From positions 32,001 to 96,000 of IMG/VR virus record IMGVR_UViG_3300025413_001393: a stretch of DNA of 64,000 nucleotides. One strand, 5' to 3'. How positions within the stretch are numbered: position 1 is the stretch's first letter; each line of letters begins with the position of its first letter. A model generated the notes under the pieces. That model did no database searches. It was not told the origin of the DNA and worked only from the letters and a program-made list of their open reading frames with translations. Made by a program: the position numbers and the translations under genes. The stretch is from a virus. This document shows, piece after piece, positions 8,498-16,396 of the stretch.

Positions 8498-11320
8498 ATG
8501 TTAGATTACAGCTTCGAAAACGTTTACAAATTTAATACTCTCTTAGAGCAAAAAGCTGAATCCGAGGGTCCAAAAGCTAAGTTAACGTATGCTGAAGATT
8601 TGATTCTCGAAAGAGGTAAAGATGGTATCAAGTATTTTAACGAACAAATACTCGAATTATTAAAGAACTTTCAAGGTCTGGAAACAGATCAAATGGTTAA
8701 CGCCAAAGTAGATGGTTCTCCAGGTATTCTTTTTGGTGCTGATCCAAGACCTCAATATCAAGGTCAGTTCTTTATAGGAGTCAATCGTGCTATTATTGGA
8801 GCTAAGAATCCTAAAGCTGTTCACGACGAGCACGATCTTAACACATTAATAACAAACGAAGGTTTAAGACACGTTATATCCAACCTTCTTCCGTATCTTA
8901 AGAATCTTTGTGCTGGTACTAATTTTATTTATCAAGCAGATGTATTGTTCTCCAGTCCCGAACAAAAGAAAGAAGAAGTAATTGATGGAGAACAATGTTT
9001 AACGTTTACTCCAAACATGCTAACGTATGCTGTTCCTGTTGAAAGTAGATCACAGCTTTATAAAAAATTAAAGTTTGCAAAGATTGGAATTGTAGTTCAT
9101 GATAAGTGCACAGGAAAGACTGATGAAAGCGGTCAGCAAATTATACCATCCTCAGTCGGTAAACAGTATCCTGAACTGCTAAACGCTGCAGCAAAGTCAA
9201 AAGATGTATTTGTTGATGGCAGTAGACACGAGTCCGTTCAAATGGATATCGATGAACAGAGTATTGCTAATCTAAATGCTAAACTTCAAAAGATAAATTC
9301 CATAGCAAGTTCAATTGGAGACGATTTTAATACTGAGTGGATTACTAACAAGCCAATTCAAAGCAAATATCAAACATTTGTAGGGCGTCATGTAACAAGA
9401 GATGATGGTGGTATTTTTGAGCTTTCAAAACAAAAAGCTAAACCAAACTTTAGTAAGATAGTTGATGAACTCAACAAGCAAGTATTAGAAGAGTACAAAT
9501 CTGCTTCAAAAAAAGAATCAGTCTCTGCTTGGTTAAACATTAATCACGATAATCTCGAAAAAATGTTAGAAGTATTCTTCAATATTAGAAATATTGTAGA
9601 TGATGTTCTTGATCTTCTATATACAATGGAATCTAAGCTTGGTAAAACTTTTGTAAAACTTCCAGATGGTACGTATCAACCAAGTCGTGGAGAAGGTTTT
9701 GTTCTATTCAAGCATCAAAACCACGTTAAGTTTATTGATCGTTTAGACTTCACAAGAAGTGCAAAACTTTATAGCAAATACAATATGCCAGCTAGTGTTG
9801 ATGAGAGTTTAATCTTAGAAAGCCAGCATGTTTTTCACAACTTAAAGCGAATCTTACAAAAAGATGTTAATCCAACTATTCAATGGCTAGAACAACTTAC
9901 AGGTTTGCAATTCGTTGAAACAAACAACATTCTAGGAACAACAGGAAAGAAAGAATCTAGCGGAGATTTGGATCTTGGTATTAATGCAAACGATCATACA
10001 AAGGAAGAGCTCGTCGCAAAGCTTCAAGCTTGGTGTGAAAAGAATAATATACCTCATGATAAAATCTTTAATACAAGAGAAAGAAAAGATAAGAAAACAA
10101 AAGAACCTATTCCTGCATTCAAGGATGGTTGGATTGATAAGACAGGAACAAGTGTACATTTCAAAGCTCCAATCAACGGAGACGTTTCAAACGGATTTGT
10201 TCAAACAGATTTTATGTTCCTTCCTGATTTAGAGTGGTCAAGATTTGCTCTTCAAGGAAGTCCGCATGAAGTTTCAGCTTTTAAAGGAGAAGACAAACAC
10301 GAGCTGCTTAAGAAATTAGCTAAAGTAGCCGATCCAAATTTAGTAATGTCATGGAGTCATCTTAGTGGATTATTAAATTCGGAAACAAGAGAAGTCATAT
10401 CAAATAAACCGGACGAAGTAGCTGAAAAAATTCTTGGAAACGGAGCAAAAGCAAACGATATTACTTCAGTAGAAAATATACTAGCTTTTATTAAAGCCCA
10501 TCATTTGCAACAAAAATTTGCGCCAGCAATAGATGAGTATAAAGCTCAATTCAATAAACAAAACGAAATTGAGGCGTTGCTAAGAGAATCGGCTTTTTCC
10601 TTCAAGCGCTTTTTTGTTGAGCAAGCAAGTGTTGCTGAAATAGGCTTCTTTCCTGGAGCGTTTAAACCTCTTCATACAGGACATATAAAGGCAATAAACG
10701 ATGCAGCTAAACAAGTTAAAGGACCGTTGTTTGTAGTATTATCAAAAAATTCAAGAGAATCAGAAGGAGGTATGGAGTTTACTCTAGAGCAAACTTTAGA
10801 ATTGTTTAAATTATACAAACAATTTTTACCAGAAAAAGTTCATATATCAGTTGCTGATAAAACTCCTCCACTTACAGTCATGCAATGCCTTGTTATTATG
10901 AACAACGAAGGCAAATATGTACTCGGTAAGACTCCAAAAAATTGGGATCCTAATGTACCTTTGCCTGATCCAGAAACACTCGTTGAGCCATCAACAAAAG
11001 AAGTAATGAAATATGTACCACAAGCTTCAAGTTATGTTGTAAAACTCGCTGTTGGAAATACACCAGAAGATCAAAAAAGATATACTGATATTTTCAAAGG
11101 GGATCGTTATCAAGGCAAGGGAGCAAAAGCTGAAGTAATACAAACACTTAAAGGATGGAGTGCTACAATTCTTCGTAATGGCTTAGAAAACCTTAACAAG
11201 GAAGTACTTGAAGAGTACATTCCTTTTAAGAGTAATACAGAAGAATTCAAAAGAGCTCTAACAATACTCTACGGCAACAATCCTAAACTAAAACAAGCTT
11301 TGCAGTTGTTTAACAATTAG
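8498..11320 (+). CDS. 940-aa multidomain protein: ligase-like (KxDG) + Pol-beta-like NTase + HxGH nucleotidyltransferase
   Basis: KVDGSP and GEGFV...VKF; GTTGKKESSGDLDL and VQTDFM; FFPGAFKPLHTGH; TAAATA at 8484-8489. Confidence 0.75.
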   Translation: MLDYSFENVYKFNTLLEQKAESEGPKAKLTYAEDLILERGKDGIKYFNEQILELLKNFQGLETDQMVNAKVDGSPGILFGADPRPQYQGQFFIGVNRAIIGAKNPKAVHDEHDLNTLITNEGLRHVISNLLPYLKNLCAGTNFIYQADVLFSSPEQKKEEVIDGEQCLTFTPNMLTYAVPVESRSQLYKKLKFAKIGIVVHDKCTGKTDESGQQIIPSSVGKQYPELLNAAAKSKDVFVDGSRHESVQMDIDEQSIANLNAKLQKINSIASSIGDDFNTEWITNKPIQSKYQTFVGRHVTRDDGGIFELSKQKAKPNFSKIVDELNKQVLEEYKSASKKESVSAWLNINHDNLEKMLEVFFNIRNIVDDVLDLLYTMESKLGKTFVKLPDGTYQPSRGEGFVLFKHQNHVKFIDRLDFTRSAKLYSKYNMPASVDESLILESQHVFHNLKRILQKDVNPTIQWLEQLTGLQFVETNNILGTTGKKESSGDLDLGINANDHTKEELVAKLQAWCEKNNIPHDKIFNTRERKDKKTKEPIPAFKDGWIDKTGTSVHFKAPINGDVSNGFVQTDFMFLPDLEWSRFALQGSPHEVSAFKGEDKHELLKKLAKVADPNLVMSWSHLSGLLNSETREVISNKPDEVAEKILGNGAKANDITSVENILAFIKAHHLQQKFAPAIDEYKAQFNKQNEIEALLRESAFSFKRFFVEQASVAEIGFFPGAFKPLHTGHIKAINDAAKQVKGPLFVVLSKNSRESEGGMEFTLEQTLELFKLYKQFLPEKVHISVADKTPPLTVMQCLVIMNNEGKYVLGKTPKNWDPNVPLPDPETLVEPSTKEVMKYVPQASSYVVKLAVGNTPEDQKRYTDIFKGDRYQGKGAKAEVIQTLKGWSATILRNGLENLNKEVLEEYIPFKSNTEEFKRALTILYGNNPKLKQALQLFNN

Positions 11321-12861
11321 TTTGTGTAGTTTATATGAGAGGCTCCACCGTGCTCTGAGCCTACTGCCATGTCCAATTCCAGATTAGAAGTTTTGTAGAA
11401 CAAATCAGTCAAATAACTTATTGATTTGTCTTTTACAAACAACGGCATAGCGTTTTTAGTGCTATCGTTTATCGTCAAAAAGTGAGTAAAATTAGCAGCC
11501 TTAGCATATGAATACATACTAACAGCAAACACTAGCGCCTTTAAAGCTCTTTCGTCTTTCTGTAAAAGTTTATTAAAATATAAGTTGTTACTAGCAGTAA
11601 GAACTTCATTAAGACCGTTAGTTATCTCTTGACCGTTTTCTTCATAATTTCTAAACGAAGTTAGAGCTTCAACGGCTTGCTCAATTGTTAAAGAAGGATT
11701 TTCTAAAAAGAAATGTAGAGCTGCATGTTTAAAGCTCAGTGTACCAATGTCTTTGCCACTATAAAACGAGGATTCATGTTTGTTTAAATCAGCAATAGTT
11801 TGCTTAATAATAGCTTTGAATCTATCTACAAACTCACGTAAATTTTTTGTCTCATCTGGTGTTGGTTTGCTGGTGTTTTCGTTTTCTAATTTATAAATGT
11901 AGTTATTGTTTTGGAAAAAACTAATAGCATTCATTCGAGCTTGAGGTAAAACAGCTTGAGATTTTTGAACAAGAAGAGTAGCTACATCTTTAGGATTTTT
12001 TGTATTTAAATCAAACGGAACTAATAACTCATTTAATTTTGTTACATATGAACTTGACAATATAGATTGAACTGGAGTAAGAATTTCTTTTATTCTATCA
12101 ATAAAATCCTTTTCTCTTGCTTGAAGAGAACGCTTAGAGAGCTGACCTCCACCCTTTGTTGCAAGGGTTTGCATCGTTTTAACAGCATTTTCTGCAGCAA
12201 AAGGAGCTTTACCGATACGGCCTCCTGTACCTTTAACCTCAACAAATACCGAATCCCCAAACGTAAGATCCCCAACTTTTGCTTTTTTACCATTAGTAAG
12301 CAAACTCAGAGCAATCTCTCCTCTGCCTATACTAGCAAGGCCGGTTTTAGCATCAGCCCAATTAAACAAATCTTCAAATAACTCGCTTACGCCAGATATC
12401 TGTTTTAAGCTATTAATTGTAGTTTCTTTGATGTTGAAAGGTTTTCCTCCATTCAAAGCCGTTTCTACTGCATTTAATTTTTCTTTATTGCTAACAATAT
12501 AATCAATATCTGTGTTTAATATGCCATGATCAGCAAATTTAACAGCTAGTGCTTCTTGACTTAAATTTGTCCAGCCAGAAGATTTGACTAAATTTTGAAT
12601 ACTAGGACCTAAAGCTTCTGAAGCAATTACACTTTTAACTCTGCGTAATGTTTTTTCATCAGTAATTACACCGAGTGGCTTAAGACCATTATACTTTGGC
12701 TGTCCAGTACCGGTGTTCATATCCATAGCATAAAAACCAGTATTTTCAAGTATAACACTATAAGCTTCGTTTAAGGTTCTTGGCTTAAAGTCTTTCTTTT
12801 CAATTTCTCTGCCTTGAAGCATCTGCTCGTAGAGCTTTTTTAGTCTATAATCTTCACTCAT
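11317..12861 (-). CDS. Putative PD-(D/E)xK restriction-like nuclease
   Basis: GRGEIALSLL...VGDL...VEVKG motif; N-terminus LKKLYEQML...TLNEAY.VILE. Confidence 0.55.
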   Translation of the reverse strand: MSEDYRLKKLYEQMLQGREIEKKDFKPRTLNEAYSVILENTGFYAMDMNTGTGQPKYNGLKPLGVITDEKTLRRVKSVIASEALGPSIQNLVKSSGWTNLSQEALAVKFADHGILNTDIDYIVSNKEKLNAVETALNGGKPFNIKETTINSLKQISGVSELFEDLFNWADAKTGLASIGRGEIALSLLTNGKKAKVGDLTFGDSVFVEVKGTGGRIGKAPFAAENAVKTMQTLATKGGGQLSKRSLQAREKDFIDRIKEILTPVQSILSSSYVTKLNELLVPFDLNTKNPKDVATLLVQKSQAVLPQARMNAISFFQNNNYIYKLENENTSKPTPDETKNLREFVDRFKAIIKQTIADLNKHESSFYSGKDIGTLSFKHAALHFFLENPSLTIEQAVEALTSFRNYEENGQEITNGLNEVLTASNNLYFNKLLQKDERALKALVFAVSMYSYAKAANFTHFLTINDSTKNAMPLFVKDKSISYLTDLFYKTSNLELDMAVGSEHGGASHINYTN

Positions 12862-12875
12862 TGTTGTTTATCTAA

Positions 12876-13139
12876 TTAATCTTCTTTATCATTTTCTCCA
12901 TCTTTAAGTTTGTCATCATCGTCATCATACATAACGATGTCAACTCTAGCTTCAGGTGGAATAGGAATACCCAGAGCCCATAAAAACCTCTGAAAAGTTT
13001 CTAAAAGAACTTCAACAGACGTCTCTTCTCCGTCTATAGATATTTCAATGTTTTGGTGGTGTTCAGGAGAAGTATAGGTAAATTTTACTCTTGCATCTTC
13101 TTCAAACTTAGTTTTAGACAGGTCAAACAATGGACGCAT
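12876..13139 (-). CDS. Small acidic hypothetical protein (probable start MRPLFD at 13139)
   Basis: TAAGTA 5 nt upstream of this ATG; the longer track ORF overlaps the phoH start. Confidence 0.65.
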   Translation of the reverse strand: MRPLFDLSKTKFEEDARVKFTYTSPEHHQNIEISIDGEETSVEVLLETFQRFLWALGIPIPPEARVDIVMYDDDDDKLKDGENDKED

Positions 13140-13217
13140 ATAGATACTTATTGTAATTTGATAAGTAATATATAGATGACAATTCAGGCATCTGCAATTT
13201 TGAATCAGCATTTTAAC

Positions 13218-13249
13218 AAGCAACCTTCGCCGGTTGCTTTTTTTATTTT
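13218..13249 (+). terminator. Terminator-like hairpin immediately before phoH
   Basis: aagcaacc-ttcgcc-ggttgctt followed by a T tract, ending 3 nt before the phoH ATG. Confidence 0.55.
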
Positions 13250-13252
13250 CCC

Positions 13253-14068
13253 ATGAAAAAACCAAAAAAACCTAAAACCTCAAAAACTCCAATTGTAAAT
13301 TTGACAACTCAGGAAGCTCCTCCTGTTGATAATTCTCCTAGAGTTCCTCAAAGAGATAAACTACCATATACTTTGTCAATAAGAGGTCTTGAATGGACTC
13401 CAAAACAAAAAGATTTTATTGAGCTTGCTACTCATAAAGACACAAGAGTTGTGTTTTTAAGTGGTCCAGCAGGTACATCTAAAACAGCTCTTGCAGTATA
13501 TTGTGCTTTAACTCTGATGAATGCAAAGAAAGCAAGTGAGTTAATTTATGTAAGATCAGTAGTAGAAAGTGCTTCTACAAGTCTTGGTTCCTTGCCTGGT
13601 GAAGCTCACGATAAATTTAAACCTTTTGCTATGCCACTAGTTGATAAACTCGAAGAGTTTCTTTGCAGTGGAGACATTAAAAAACTCTTTATTGACGAAA
13701 GAGTAAAGCCTATTCCAATCAATTATCTAAGAGGAGCATCTTATAATGCTAACTGTGTTATTGTAGACGAAGCTCAAAACTTAAACAATAAAGAACTCGT
13801 AACAGCTATTACACGTGTTGGTAAGTTTAGTAAATTCTTTATTCTTGGAGATCCGATGCAGACAGATCTTAAGCATAGTGAACAATCTGGATTTAAACCA
13901 ATGTTTGATATTTTTAACGATGAAGATTCAAGAAAGCAAGGCGTCTTTTGTGTACAATTTGGAAAAGAAGATATTATGAGATCCGAACTTCTTAAGTTTA
14001 TTGTTGAGAAGATAGAAAATTATCAAGAAAAAGAAAAAGAGAAAGCTAAATCTTATAGAAAAGATTGA
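13253..14068 (+). CDS. phoH: PhoH-family ATPase
   Basis: GPAGTSKT, LGSLPG, YLRG, IVDEAQN, GDPMQTD, DIMRS. Confidence 0.95.
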   Translation: MKKPKKPKTSKTPIVNLTTQEAPPVDNSPRVPQRDKLPYTLSIRGLEWTPKQKDFIELATHKDTRVVFLSGPAGTSKTALAVYCALTLMNAKKASELIYVRSVVESASTSLGSLPGEAHDKFKPFAMPLVDKLEEFLCSGDIKKLFIDERVKPIPINYLRGASYNANCVIVDEAQNLNNKELVTAITRVGKFSKFFILGDPMQTDLKHSEQSGFKPMFDIFNDEDSRKQGVFCVQFGKEDIMRSELLKFIVEKIENYQEKEKEKAKSYRKD

Positions 14069-14106
14069 GTCTTGAACTATTCTTAGTTTTATAATAAGAT
14101 ATAGGT

Positions 14107-14640
14107 ATGGACGAAAATACCTATACGCCCGAACTATCTGCCAATATAAGCTCTTTGGAAGAATCAATGCGTAGTACTATTCAAGCAGTACTATCATCTC
14201 TACAAGAAGTGCAAAATAAAGTTGGTCTTCCACCGGATGTTCCTCATCATCCCTATGAGAGGTTAAAACACGAGCATGTAACTTCAAAAGGAAAAGATTT
14301 TTATTCTCACGAAGATATTGAAGTGGATCCATCTGTAGAACCACATCATTTTAATGATCTTATTAAAGAAATAAGCGATTGCAAACACCAAAGAACTTTG
14401 GATCATATGGATTACATTGCAAATTACGGACATCAATCCCATGAACATGCTGGTAATATGTTTGCTAGCGTTTCAGACAATGATATAACATTGGATACTG
14501 AGCATATAGCTTCGCATATTCAATACGTAGAAATGCTTAAAAATATTCCATTATCTGCAATAGATGCAGATCCAAAAGGAATGGCAACTAAAATTCTCTC
14601 AAAATACGTTGAAACGTATCATCCATCACGGTGGAGTTAA
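14107..14640 (+). CDS. His-rich hypothetical protein
   Basis: 177-aa ORF with no recognised family. Confidence 0.7.
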   Translation: MDENTYTPELSANISSLEESMRSTIQAVLSSLQEVQNKVGLPPDVPHHPYERLKHEHVTSKGKDFYSHEDIEVDPSVEPHHFNDLIKEISDCKHQRTLDHMDYIANYGHQSHEHAGNMFASVSDNDITLDTEHIASHIQYVEMLKNIPLSAIDADPKGMATKILSKYVETYHPSRWS

Positions 14641-16361
14641 ACTTTCTTAGATTTAAATACTGAAGGTCCAAGAAGAGCTAGCTGAGCTGCAGCAAAAGCG
14701 TTGCCAACAGTAGATTGGAATGTCAAATTTAAAGCTTCCATTACTCCGACTTGTTTATGCATAGGAGCTGCTTCTTCACATCCTGACTGTTTAGATAGTA
14801 CAGAATCGTGAGTATCGGATGAATAATCCATATCTGGTAGTCTTATACTGTGACTATGTTTCATGTCCGGAAGAGCATGAGTGTGAGGAAAATTATTTAA
14901 AATAATATTTTTTAATACTGTTTGTGTAAGTAAATTAATTGATAATTTACTAAGAGTTATATTTACAGGGCCAGATGCATCTCCAACGCTACCAGTACCT
15001 GTTAGTGAACCTCCTACACCATTAGCTTTAACAACCATTGTTCTTGATGGTAAGATGTATCCAGTACCTTGAGCAAGCGGTTCAACTGGAATAGCATTAT
15101 ATCCAATATTAAAAGCCTTGTCTGACATTCCCTGCGAAAATCTTGGCCCCATCATACCTTGTAAACTAACAGGTTCGGCAGCATTTACAATTGCATGAGC
15201 AATCATATCTTTTGTTGCTGCAGCAATACTCTCAACAGCTGCTCCACCCCAAAAAGCTGGACCTGAATATAAGTCGGAACAGGAAGCTTCATCGGTTGGT
15301 TTTTTTGTTCCAACACAAGAGCCATGTACAAAAGATATACTTTGAGAATGCGTATGTCCTCCAACTCGCAAATTTCCAGTATTGCTGATCGTACCTTTAA
15401 CGAAAAAGTCTCCATCTGATGGAGCTACCTCAATACTCTTTCCGTTAAGCTGTACAAATTCTCCTTCAAGTGTTAGTGTTCCTGTTTGTGTACCAATAGT
15501 TATTTCTGGACTAGAAATTGTTGTAATTCCACCTGAAATTACAATAGGACCTCCAGTTGTGATGTCGACACCTTGTGTTCCTGTAACAACAGAAAATTTA
15601 TTAGAACATTTAATCATGTAATGTCCACCAGGAGATGCGACAGAATTTATACCTTGAACATGATTTGCTGGAGCTCCCTCAGAAAACATTGGAGCACCAT
15701 TCTTTAAGTCTAAACTTCCGTGCGGAACCAATCTTTTGTGTCTAGTTTTTCCTCCTTTAATAACGGTGTGTGAAGGAGCATCATTCATTCCAAGACCTAC
15801 CTCTAATAATTCGTGACCAGCTACAATTGTGTATCTATTACCTCCACCACCTGTTGAAGAACCAAGCTTCTGTTCAAGCTTTGATATTTCAGCAGCTGAA
15901 GCTTTGTGTTTTTCTGCAACTTGTTTTTCTTTAGCTGAACGGTCTGATGGATCTTTAATTGTTTTTTTGCCTCCACAAGCTTTGCAGGGAGTTTTTAAAA
16001 CGCTTGATTTTGATACTGGACTATGATCTTTTAAATAACTAATAACGCCTGTTGGAATTTTAATTGGAACAGCTCGCTGCAAGATGCCACCAATGTGACT
16101 GAGAGTCTTAGAAACTTTTGTTACAAGAATATCTCCTGTGCAATGCGGACAAGGTAATTCTCTTTGACCATCAGATGATGAAGGTGGTGGAGGAGGATTT
16201 GTATTCCCTGAAGAGTTTATTTTAATATCACTACTAGGAATACCTCCTTTATCCGGAATAAATGTATTGTTTGGACCCCATGTACCAGTCTGGCCAGCAG
16301 CATTTATTCCACTGCTTCCAGGTATAAATTGCATTGGACCATTTACTTTTGTTACAGACAT
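14637..16361 (-). CDS. Probable baseplate spike/tip protein (beta-helix, HxH motifs, Zn ribbon)
   Basis: Follows the gp5-like gene; G/T/V/I beta-repeat region; CPHC...CKAC; C-terminal HTH..D..HSH. Confidence 0.55.
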   Translation of the reverse strand: MSVTKVNGPMQFIPGSSGINAAGQTGTWGPNNTFIPDKGGIPSSDIKINSSGNTNPPPPPSSSDGQRELPCPHCTGDILVTKVSKTLSHIGGILQRAVPIKIPTGVISYLKDHSPVSKSSVLKTPCKACGGKKTIKDPSDRSAKEKQVAEKHKASAAEISKLEQKLGSSTGGGGNRYTIVAGHELLEVGLGMNDAPSHTVIKGGKTRHKRLVPHGSLDLKNGAPMFSEGAPANHVQGINSVASPGGHYMIKCSNKFSVVTGTQGVDITTGGPIVISGGITTISSPEITIGTQTGTLTLEGEFVQLNGKSIEVAPSDGDFFVKGTISNTGNLRVGGHTHSQSISFVHGSCVGTKKPTDEASCSDLYSGPAFWGGAAVESIAAATKDMIAHAIVNAAEPVSLQGMMGPRFSQGMSDKAFNIGYNAIPVEPLAQGTGYILPSRTMVVKANGVGGSLTGTGSVGDASGPVNITLSKLSINLLTQTVLKNIILNNFPHTHALPDMKHSHSIRLPDMDYSSDTHDSVLSKQSGCEEAAPMHKQVGVMEALNLTFQSTVGNAFAAAQLALLGPSVFKSKKV

Positions 16362-16396
16362 ATTATTAATTTATACGATTGGTTGTTTAAAAACTA

